DNA from: an uncultured Acidimicrobiaceae bacterium
GTDB taxonomy: Bacteria > Actinomycetota > Acidimicrobiia > Acidimicrobiales > RAAP-2
Assembly (NCBI GenBank): GCA_963788585.1
Contig: CAWBHA010000006.1
Span: 175,824 to 239,823 of the forward strand
Direction of reading: 5' to 3'
DNA length: 64,000 nucleotides
The notes beneath the pieces were generated by a model. The model was not told the DNA's origin. It did no database searches and was given only the letters and a program-made list of their open reading frames with translations. Positions 19,239 to 27,429 of the stretch are shown here, one piece after another (position 1 is the stretch's first letter; the number at the start of each line of letters is the position of its first letter). Position numbers and translations under genes: made by a program.

Positions 19239-19619
19239 AGAGCCGTTCGGACTCTCGGGAGACAAGGGACGGAAAACACGTTGATCGAGTTCCGGTATCG
19301 ACCTCGAGACCCGTGAGTCCGTTGTCGGGCTGTCTGGGGACTTCCCTATCGACGATCCCCACCACGGGATGAGATCAAGATCCCTCGAATGCGGCACAGC
19401 GGCGAACGAGCGGAAACCCCTCGCAATGCCGTGAACAGGCCCTTCTGAGTCAGGCCGGCCGGGATCTGCACCCGGGACCGGACACTCCGAGGGATTCTTC
19501 GCGATCTGTGGCACTGGTTCTCAGACTCCGCGGAGCCAGATTTCCGTCGGTGGTGCGGTGTGTAGCGGCCGGACCAAACCGAGGGCCGACGGAACTCAGG
19601 GAGTTTGGTCGGCGACCGA

Positions 19620-20636
19620 TGCGCTGACCCGGGAGTGGTATCCCCTATCCCAGGAGGGATGAGACCGGAGACGCACGCACTCCTCCGGTTGTTGAGTGTG
19701 ACGTAGACGACGGCGCTTGGCGTGGACGTCCCTACGGTGAACAGGGAATTGCAACCCACCCAATAGATGCCGTCGGGCAGGCTCGTCGTATCCAGTCATA
19801 GAGGTACCCGACGAACGTGGGAGTGGCGTTTCCGCGAAGCTCTTCTTGCGAGCTCAAGCTTCCGCCCCCGATGAAGAAGTTGACGACGTTCGTGCCGGCG
19901 GGAGCCGTGCAGTTGAGCGGTACGGTGCCGCTCACGGAGGCGATGTTCGTTGGCAGCACCACGTGGGAGTGTCGTCCATGGCAACCGTGATCTCGTCACT
20001 GCCACACGCTCCGTTGGCCTAGCAGGCTGTAACGCTCAGTGTGTACTGATCGGAAGTCTGTAGCACGTCGTCGGTATAGATGCTTTTGGTGTTCCAGTCA
20101 TAGACCAATCCGACGAGCGAGGGGGTGGTGGTTCCGATGCTGCAGCCGCTCTCGCACAGCGCACCCGTGTAGCTGAAGCTCACCGAGCTCACCCCGGGGC
20201 GAGGGGATGGCGTCGAGCCACTGGCTGGCCGACAGGGTCGCTCCGGCGGAGGGCAAAACGATCGAGACGCTCGGGTCCCCGTTGTCTACCCTGGTCGAGA
20301 TCTCGCCGGGGGCGTCACAGGAGGCAACGGGACCGGTACGGCCGAGAGGAAGTAGGTACCGTCGGGCACGCCGGTGCTGTTCCATGTCATCGCCCAACCC
20401 ACCAAAGATTCAGAAGTGACCGTGGCGATGACATCATCGCTCAAGTTGCCCCCGCTCAGTTCGAACTGGACCTCGGTTGTTCCCGCGCCGGCGCTGGCGT
20501 CGAGCGGTACCTGGGTGCCCGAGACCGTCGACCCGCCGGCCAGTGCCAGCACGGTGGAGTCCGGGGGAATTGCGCCAGCAATCTGCACCGGCAGTGCGGA
20601 AACCAAACCTTTGAGCCAACTTCGCAACACAGCCAT
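19620..20636 (-). pseudogene. tandem Ig-like (Big_7-type) domain secreted protein(s), multiply frame-disrupted
   Basis: Pieces in three frames (ORFs 20286..20636, 20098..20397, 19732..19962, 19346..19759). Each shows the same domain pattern: ..VSG/ASQ..LDA.A.....V.F.L.GG...VGW...WN/DW..DG.Y.L..V.. An in-frame TAG occurs after ..DQYTLSVTAC. Confidence 0.5.
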
Positions 20637-20842
20637 AGGCGTGCTGCAACGGGGATCTACAGACGATGAATGCTCGGTCTTGCTGTCCCGGCCCTGCCTC
20701 CTATTGCGGGGCGCTGATGGCGAGCCTGCTCACGACCCGAATACCTCGAGGGGATGAGTGAGTTTGGCTGGTTCGGCCGGTGAAGACGAAGGACGCCTCG
20801 ACAACGTCTGGCCCCGAGCGAGCTGACACTCCCAACGGAGGT

Positions 20843-21566
20843 CTAACACCCGTCGTCTCCGGGGAAGGAGGTATAGGCATCGAGCGTTATTGGAACGGAA
20901 GCACTCGTGCCGCTGACCCCGCCCGCGTATGAGGCGACGCTCTGGATCGAGTAGGACAAAGCGATAGGTCCGCACGACCCCGATCCTCCGGGAAGCACGC
21001 CGATCCAACCGACAAGAGTTGGGGTTGCGCTGAGGGTGAGTGAGGGGGGACCACCTTGACCGGTCAAATCGATCGTGACCTCGGTCACACCAGGCGATGC
21101 CACGGCGTCGATGAATTTGAGTCTGGCTACCGTTCAGCGTGGCACCGCTCGCCGGGAATACCACGGTGGTGCTCGGAGGCGGGTTGTTCACCGTGAGGGG
21201 GACTGACGTACTCGTCGCACTGACTCCGCCCGAATATGCGGCGATGCTATTGAGCGTGTAGCTGCCATTCGACACTGTGGTGGAATTCCAGGCTGCCAAC
21301 CACCCATAGATGGTGGGGGTGCCAGTGGCGATTTGCACGTCGCTCAGATCCGAGGGTCCTCCGCTCAGTTCGAAGGTGACCTTGGTCGCTCCCGCCGAGG
21401 CGATGGCATCGAAGTATTGGGTCGTGCCCGAAATCGAGGCACTGTACGCTGGCAGCACGACGGTGGTGCTCGGGGACTGGCCGTTCGCAGCCTGAAAAGG
21501 CAGCATGATCACCGCTGCAGCCAGCATCAGAGCCGCCGAGACAACACCCGCCCGCATTCGTCCCAT
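20843..21566 (-). pseudogene. secreted protein with two Big_7-type Ig-like domains (one frame change)
   Basis: ATG 21566 with strong RBS GGGGAGG and signal peptide MGRMRAGVVSAALMLAAAVIMLPFQAANG. Domain 1: ..ISGTTQYFDAIASAGATKVTFELSGG..IYGWLAAWNSTTVSNGSYTLNSIAAYSGGVSATSTSVPLTVNN. Domain 2 continues in ORF 20843..21103 after a shift at an A-run near 21115. Confidence 0.6.
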
Positions 21567-21826
21567 AGCAACCTCCCCTTTCGTGAGGGCTTGCATAACA
21601 CCAGGGAACGATGCCCGCAATCCGACTCGGGCCAAGCCGATGCTCCCCCTTCGCCGCTGGAGCCAGACGGTGCGCTCTGCCACGCCTCGAAACCGCACCT
21701 CTGTATCGTCGAGCAGTGGGCCACTACGCCGACGTTGTCCTAACCGTCGAAGCCCGGTGGCGATCAGTCCCGTGGGGCGCGCTAGAAGGCAGGGTGGAAG
21801 ATACGCCCGAGTCCTACACTTCGCTC

Positions 21827-22135
21827 ATGGGCGTCTATGTGATCTCGTACAACCTCAAGGATGGAGAACCTAAGCGATATGAGGCGGTGCTCGACGCGCT
21901 CAAGTCGATCGCGACAGCCGAGGACGTCTGGCACGACCGTGAGGTTCTTGACTCAGTCGCATTGGTCGTCACGGACGATTCGCCTGAAGAACTGAGTGTC
22001 CACCTAGAAGATACCTTCACGCTCGATGATTCTTGGGCCGCGTTCGATATAACGAACTCGCCTTTCTTTGCACATTCGCCAGGCACGCTCAATGCATGGC
22101 TGGATAGCCACCTGCCGCCGCTGCGGCGTTCCTAG
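21827..22135 (+). CDS. hypothetical small protein
   Basis: ATG 21827 within ORF 21611..22135 (MGVYVISYNLKDGEPKRYEAVLDALKSIATAEDVWHD...). Codon usage looks coding. No family recognised. Confidence 0.4.
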   Translation: MGVYVISYNLKDGEPKRYEAVLDALKSIATAEDVWHDREVLDSVALVVTDDSPEELSVHLEDTFTLDDSWAAFDITNSPFFAHSPGTLNAWLDSHLPPLRRS

Positions 22136-22448
22136 GCCATTGGATCACTAAAACGGAGGCATGCCTTGTGATGAACGGAGTATCCAAATCGCCGTCACCG
22201 TGAGGGGCCAGGACGATCAGGACCGCGCATCAGCGCAAGCCAAGGCGGTGCTCGATCAGTTCCACCCCAAGGTCCAAGTCGGCGATACGGTGCTAGTCCG
22301 ACACGATCTACCTCATGCGTTCGGACTTGGCGACGCCTGACTCTTTACCTTCACCTAACACGAGCTGCCATCCGGTGACGTTTAGCTAGGGGCTCCGGGG
22401 CAAAGAGGGCCTTAGTAAGCTGGTCCTCAGAGACGAAGGAGTGCCGAA

Positions 22449-22826
22449 ATGCCCGACGACCCCGGCAAGGCCCATTGGAACGTGGCCGATTGGCAGGGCA
22501 AGATGCTGATCGATTCAAACGGCGAAAAGATCGGCAAGTTGCAAGATATCTACCTTGACGTCGAAACCGACGTACCGCAGTTTGCAACGGTGAAGGAGGG
22601 CTTCATCGGCCGACACCTGACCTTTGTGCCGCTGGGCGGTATCCAGATTGGTCCCGATGACTTACGAGTGGCGGTGACCAAAGAGCAGGTGCGAACTGCA
22701 CCCGACATCGAGATGCACGGCGACGAACTCTCGCAGGCCGAGGAGTCAACGCTGTATCACCACTTTGAGCTTAACTACACGCCCATCAGCACGAAGAGCG
22801 GACGTCGTCTCGCTCGGCGCTCATAG
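22449..22826 (+). CDS. PRC-barrel domain protein
   Basis: 125 aa: KMLIDSNGEKIGKLQDIYLDVETDVPQFATVKEGFIGRHLTFVPLGGIQIGPDDLRVAVTKEQVRTAP matches the PRC-barrel pattern common in actinobacterial stress proteins. Confidence 0.7.
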   Translation: MPDDPGKAHWNVADWQGKMLIDSNGEKIGKLQDIYLDVETDVPQFATVKEGFIGRHLTFVPLGGIQIGPDDLRVAVTKEQVRTAPDIEMHGDELSQAEESTLYHHFELNYTPISTKSGRRLARRS

Positions 22827-22854
22827 GATCGACCCTCTAGTACAAAGGCAGTGC

Positions 22855-23211
22855 TCAAGATCCTTTGGCCATCTGCCGGGACCACCAGTCCTCAACATGG
22901 GCGCGCATTGCCTGTTCCTCCGAACGTACTTCTTCAAACTGTGCGTCCGTGGCGGCAATCAGATCGACAGCCGCATCAAGCTTGGCATTTGTTGATGCCT
23001 GATCTTCGTTACCCGCAAACGAAACAACGAGGACAAGGTCTTCGTCTTCCGTTCCTGCTTCGTAAGGCGAGCCGACCGCGAGCTCATTGAAGATCTGGAT
23101 CCATTCATCCACTGGTTGAAGCGCATTCGCTGGTCGAAGGAAGACCGCGACTCCACCGTCGGGCTTCGTCGCTACCTTCGGATTTGCTCCTGGCGACCTC
23201 AGCTGTGTCAT
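22855..23211 (-). CDS. hypothetical protein
   Basis: 118-aa ORF, acidic, no recognisable motif. Convergent with the PRC-barrel gene. Confidence 0.4.
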   Translation of the reverse strand: MTQLRSPGANPKVATKPDGGVAVFLRPANALQPVDEWIQIFNELAVGSPYEAGTEDEDLVLVVSFAGNEDQASTNAKLDAAVDLIAATDAQFEEVRSEEQAMRAHVEDWWSRQMAKGS

Positions 23212-23370
23212 GCCCAGACGCTATCTCAGACAAGCGTCAATCGGTCATTAGGTCGAGGCGAGCGCGAGCCGCGAGCCGAAAAGATCAGGGCGCTGGTTTG
23301 ATGATGTGCGCAGCTTGTCGGCAACGGCACTCGAGCTGGCGCGAGGCTTTGAAGAACACCAAAACGAGCT

Positions 23371-24431
23371 GTGGACGCCGAGCTCCGTCGCAACGCCTCG
23401 ACTCGGACCTGGCGCCTCGAATACAAGGCGTCGACGGCGCAATGGCATGCCGAGCGCCGAGCCCGGCGGCCGAAGGTGGCCAAGTTGACGACCAACGATG
23501 CGCTGCGTGACTACGTCCAGGAGCGATTGTCCGGCGTGCACAGGAGACCCAATGGCCGCCTGATCGGCCCACCTGGCCCGAAGTGGAATGGAAAAGGCAA
23601 GCCTCATCGGGCGGATCGTCGCTGGGTGAAGGGCTGGAGTCCCGAGCAGATCTCTGAGCGCCTGCGGTTCGATTTCCCCAATGATGAGTCGATGCGGATC
23701 AGCCATGAGGCCATCTACCAGGCGCTCTACGTGCAAGGCCGTGGTGCGCTCCAGCGCGAGCTAGTGGCCTGTCTTCGCACCGGTCGAGCTCTGCGGGTTC
23801 CTCGGGCCCGGTCACAGAAGAAGCCCTGGGGCCACGTCACCCCCGAGGTGATGATCAGTGAGCGACCGGCCGAAGCCGCCGATCGGGCCGTGCCTGGGCA
23901 CTGGGAGGGCGATCTGCTTATCGGGTTGGAGCGCTCTGCCATTGGGACTCTGGTTGAGCGAACCAGAGGTTCACGATGCTGGTCCATCTCCCCCGAGAAA
24001 ATGGGTATCACCACAAGCACACACCGAAGAACGGCCCCGCACTCGCCGGCTACGGAGCGCTCACGATGAAGGATGCACTGAGTGACAAGATGACGACGCT
24101 GCCCGAAGCGCTCCGCCGATCCTTGACGTGGGACAGAGGCAAGGAGCTCTCTGCACACGCGGCGTTCAAGGTGGAGACCGGCATCCCCGTCTACTTCGCC
24201 GACCCTCGAAGCCCTTGGCAGAGGGGCACCAACGAGAACACCAATGGGCTCCTGCGTCAATACTTTCCGAAGGGAACGGATCTCTCGCGTTGGAATACTG
24301 ACGATATCGACACAGTTGCCGACATCCTCAACGGCCGTCCACGCAAAGCCCTCGGTTGGAAGACACCGGCCGAAGCCTTCAACGAGCACCTACACTCGCT
24401 CCAGAAAGCCGGTGTTGCTTCGATCGATTGA
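23371..24431 (+). mobile_element. IS30-family transposase gene, frame-disrupted
   Basis: ORFs 23371..24069 and 23976..24431 together read ..WSPEQISERL..ISERPAEAADRAVPGHWEGDLLIG.. and ..[48 protein letters not shown].. The frame switches near 23970. The N-terminal HTH part upstream is in yet another frame. Confidence 0.75.
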
Positions 24432-24435
24432 ACCC

Positions 24436-24523
24436 AGTCAGTACACCTCGTGGGCCTTCACCGAGAACGTCAGGCGTCTCGGTCTTATCAGCTCCATGGG
24501 TCACGGTCGGCGACTGCTACGAC
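24436..24523 (+). mobile_element. IS3-family OrfB fragment (left piece)
   Basis: SQYTSWAFTENVRRLGLISSMG then, in a shifted frame, TVGDCYD. The homology stops abruptly and resumes at 25213. Confidence 0.5.
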
Positions 24524-24640
24524 TGCGAGGATCCTGGTGTCGTGATCCACTCGGCTCTGGGAGGATCTCGATCGTCTTTGCTTCGGGTGGCCTGACCCTT
24601 GTTATGACCGACCTCGTGTCCTTGCGTTGACGTGTCGGTC

Positions 24641-24735
24641 ACCCGAGGCCGGGATGTCGTGCACCACCAGCCGAGCGGGCAGTGACCTCATAGGAGCCTG
24701 ATCGAACCGGGTCCCATCGCAGTCCTGTCCTTCCC
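24641..24735 (+). mobile_element. fragment homologous to the 5' non-coding region of the IS110 remnant at 33.8 kb
   Basis: Shares CGGTCACCC, the perfect 20-mer AGTGACCTCATAGGAGCCTG (24681-24700 versus the complement of 33801-33820) and GTCCTGTCC, in the same order. Confidence 0.4.
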
Positions 24736-24759
24736 GCCCGGCCGGCGGCTTGACCATCG

Positions 24760-25166
24760 AACCTGCGAAAGGGATCAACAGCTTGCCGATGAGACCGGAG
24801 CGACCAGCGCCGCGTTCTGGCGTCGAGCCGAGACCTTCTTTCGAGCCCACGGAATTGTCGTCGAACGGGTCATGACCGACAACGCGTTCGCCTACCGGGG
24901 ACGACTCTTCAACGAGGCCCTGGCCGAGCACCGGATCCTTCACCGGTACTGCCGGCCCTATCGCCCCCAGACCAATGGAAAAGGTGGAGAGATTCAACCG
25001 GACCCTGCTCGAGGAGTGGGCCTACATCCGTCCCTATACATGCGAGGCGGCTCGGACCCGGGCACTTGACCGCTGGCTCCATCGCTACAACCATCACCGC
25101 GTGCACACAGCAATCGGGGATCCGCCCATTTCCCGCGTGACCAACGTCCCGGGGGACTACATCTAG
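24760..25166 (+). mobile_element. IS481-family transposase, 5'-truncated and frame-shifted C-terminal part
   Basis: ..AAFWRRAETFFRAHGIVVERVMTDNAFAYR..RPYRPQTNGK then VERFNRTLLEEWAY..YNHHRVHTAIG in the next frame. An extra A in the GGAAAAGG run near 24980 causes the shift. Confidence 0.7.
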
Positions 25167-25212
25167 TTCGGGCGGCCGCCTAAAGATCGACTTGACGATC
25201 TATAGGAGCATC

Positions 25213-25314
25213 AACGCCCCCATGGAGTCGTTCTGGGGCTCCATGCAAATTGAGCTCCTCAATCGACAACGTTGGCGTACCAACCTGCCATTGGCCGTCG
25301 GCATGGCCGACTGG
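25213..25314 (+). mobile_element. IS3-family OrfB fragment (right piece)
   Basis: NAPMESFWGSMQIELLNRQRWRTNLPLAVGMADW continues the GDCYD|NA.ESFW motif interrupted at 24523. Confidence 0.55.
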
Positions 25315-25460
25315 CCTCGCTCGACGAAGAACAGGTCCATTCCCATCCCCCGGCAGGCCGCCTGGTCGTGCCATACCGGCCGGTTCGCGATGCTGGCGAG
25401 GATGGCGTCGACGTCGGGAGCGTCGCGCGCCATGAGCCATTTGATCTCGAGCTCGTTCAT
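25315..25460 (-). pseudogene. WhiB-like gene, copy a, 3'-truncated by the IS3 fragment
   Basis: MNELEIKWLMARDAPDVDAILASIANRPVWHDQAACRGMGMDLFFVERGQSA. W-x3-AACRG..LFF is the WhiB N-terminal signature. The CxxC-x5-C half is missing. Confidence 0.6.
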
Positions 25461-25651
25461 GCGGATCCCACGGTAGAGCCGAGGTGTTCGCCTGCGGCGG
25501 ATCTGGGCGAACTGCTCAGCGTTGTCGGGCCATTGTCTTGGTTCAGTCCGGTCGGCTCTACACCACGGGGGCTCGGATCGTCAGGGTCATGACCGAGAGG
25601 TGGTTACGGCTGACGGCGGTCCCTCTGTCGTCGCTGCCTCTCGCCACTATT
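25404..25651. repeat. 248-bp segment perfectly identical to 31680..31927 (direct repeat, offset 6276 bp)
   Basis: Base-by-base comparison of the two stretches. Covers the WhiB-like 5' end, the divergent intergenic region and the first ~60 nt of the small-protein gene. Confidence 0.85.
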
Positions 25652-25894
25652 ACCGTCGCATCGGTGACCTTCACGCCGAAACCTGGCGGCCGGTGCCCGG
25701 GGTTCATCGTCGATCACACCCGCTGTTGGGCGATGGTCTATGACCGGAACCTCCAGAGCACTCACTGCGCCGAGACGCCATCGTGGACAGGTCGGTGGTT
25801 CAGTCCTCGAGGCGACCGCTGGTGGCGGGTGTGGAGCTGCCCCGACCACCTCGAGGGGCTTACGGGGCTCAAGGAGTTCGGCCGGCGGCGCTGA
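25589..25894 (+). CDS. Trp/Cys/His-rich small protein, copy a (only intact copy)
   Basis: ATG 25589 within ORF 25484..25894: MTERWLRLTAVPLSSLPLATITVASVTFTPKPGGRCPGFIVDHTRCWAMVYDRNLQSTHCAETPSWTGRWFSPRGDRWWRVWSCPDHLEGLTGLKEFGRRR. The reading frame is conserved in copy b apart from one 1-nt deletion. Confidence 0.6.
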   Translation: MTERWLRLTAVPLSSLPLATITVASVTFTPKPGGRCPGFIVDHTRCWAMVYDRNLQSTHCAETPSWTGRWFSPRGDRWWRVWSCPDHLEGLTGLKEFGRRR

Positions 25895-26025
25895 CCGTGA
25901 CCTTCCTCTCCGTCGAGCGCAGGTGCCGACACAGAATCGCACCAGGCTGACCTGCCCGGACTTTACGCCTGCATCTTCCAGGGATAGTGTGTTTTACGAC
26001 TTGGCGGTCCCAGGCGGGTCGGCGT

Positions 26026-26748
26026 ATGGGCATTTTCAGGCGTTCTAATCGGGTGACATGTCCTCAGTGTGGTACGTCGCATCCCGCCATTTACGGCGAT
26101 CGATCGTGCCTCATATGTGGGTCGAGGATTGAGGTTGCCAGCGGATATCAAAAGGACGCTGGCACCATGATGCTCGAGAAGCCGGAAGAACAATACAAGG
26201 CACAGATTGCTGCATTGCAGTTGGAGCGCGACCAGCTAACGGCCGCTCTACGGGTTGCACGGACCCCCGAACACCGGGTCAGCGTTTCGGACTACGAGTG
26301 GCATGTACAACTGGCTGCGAAAGGGATCGCTGACCGCAGCGCATATCCGATCCCAAAGTCCGTCACGACGGCTGAAGCGTTCTACCAAATCATGGCGGGC
26401 GCCGCCGTTGACGCCACCGGCCTTTGGACTCTCCTAGAGCGAGTGGCCCGAGCAGAGAGCGACCTCGAGATCATACAAGACGCACTACGGCACGCGGATG
26501 CCAAGGCTGCGAAAGCGCGCCACCGGGCAATGACCGATACAGCCGCTTCTTTGGACTTCTCTGTTCCTTCTGTCTCTATGCAGGTGGACGCGGAACGCGC
26601 GCTAAAGGCAAGCCCCACGACCGGGGGTGCTCCATCCCCCAAACCGCCGGCAGTGGCCAAGACACCAGCACCAAAGAGAACGGGTGGGCTGTCGCCGCGG
26701 CGTAGATTGAAGCGGGCCGTCAGACGCGTGCGGATAGTCTTACGCTGA
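26026..26748 (+). CDS. zinc-ribbon / coiled-coil protein of unknown function
   Basis: ATG 26026: MGIFRRSNRVTCPQCGTSHPAIYGDRSCLICGSRIE (CxxC..CxxC), then a helical region and a Lys/Arg/Pro-rich tail. Confidence 0.5.
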   Translation: MGIFRRSNRVTCPQCGTSHPAIYGDRSCLICGSRIEVASGYQKDAGTMMLEKPEEQYKAQIAALQLERDQLTAALRVARTPEHRVSVSDYEWHVQLAAKGIADRSAYPIPKSVTTAEAFYQIMAGAAVDATGLWTLLERVARAESDLEIIQDALRHADAKAAKARHRAMTDTAASLDFSVPSVSMQVDAERALKASPTTGGAPSPKPPAVAKTPAPKRTGGLSPRRRLKRAVRRVRIVLR

Positions 26749-26861
26749 CCACTTGGACGGGCTGACGGTTCTGCGGGGGTTTGGGCGGCGGGATGCCTCA
26801 ACAGCGGGGCCACGGAGCCGAGCATTTCGGAGTCGCCCCCGGTGACCGGCTTTGTACCTTC

Positions 26862-27287
26862 CTACGGCGTCGCGTCACCTAGCTTCTTCGTTAGGGCAGC
26901 AACGAATATGTCGATGTGATGGTCACCTTGTTCCAACAGCGCGGCACACGCGTTGGATCTGGCTAGTCGTTGATCTCCATCTACGTCAGCCAGGCTCCTG
27001 AAGGTGACGGCCGCATTCCAATAGACGCCGGCTGCCGCCCCTAGCTCACCTCCCGCTTTTCCGAAGCCCCTCGGTGCGTGCGAGCGTCTGAGCCAATCGC
27101 TGAGTTTGCTGCAGGCAGAGACCACATCCGACGCAATTGCTTCGTCCGACTCGGATGGCGTGAGGTGTTCCGTCTGGAACACCTCACGGAGGCGGTCGAC
27201 CGCTTGAGTAACAGCCACTCGGTATTCCTGGGCACTAGAAGCCCATTTGCGCCTCGCGGCTTCAGGTTCAGGAGTCCCGGACACCAT
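26862..27287 (-). CDS. hypothetical helical protein
   Basis: 141-aa ORF, convergent with 26026..26748. No motif recognised. Confidence 0.45.
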   Translation of the reverse strand: MVSGTPEPEAARRKWASSAQEYRVAVTQAVDRLREVFQTEHLTPSESDEAIASDVVSACSKLSDWLRRSHAPRGFGKAGGELGAAAGVYWNAAVTFRSLADVDGDQRLARSNACAALLEQGDHHIDIFVAALTKKLGDATP

Positions 27288-27429
27288 CGCAATATACGCA
27301 GGTCAGGAGGGTCAGTTTGCCAAACATTCGCGGTCTGTTCAGCTTCAGGTAACCCAAAGTTTGCCCTCTCGTCACGCTGGCCTGCGACATTGCAGCGGGA
27401 CCATCTGCGCGAGGGAGGGCGAAGATCGA

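Noticed and set aside
21827-22135. Cas2/VapD-like fold for the 103-aa orphan, based on the N-terminal YVISYNL beta-strand pattern.
   Set aside because: This rests on a single short resemblance. There is no cas1 or CRISPR context and no catalytic residues identifiable.
22161-22340. 59-aa ORF MPCDERSIQIAVTVRGQDDQDRASAQAKAVLDQFHPKVQVGDTVLVRHDLPHAFGLGDA.
   Set aside because: The GGAGG lies only 1 nt from the ATG, which is poor spacing. The ORF is short and has no homology recognised. It is mentioned in the orphan-cluster finding but not listed as a feature.
24421-24450. GATTGAACCCAGTCA, resembling the T-arm/anticodon region of tRNA-Pro, as a possible attR remnant.
   Set aside because: The similarity is short and gapped. 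The sequence is simply the IS30 transposase stop region followed by the IS3 fragment. There is no extended match to 31226-31270.
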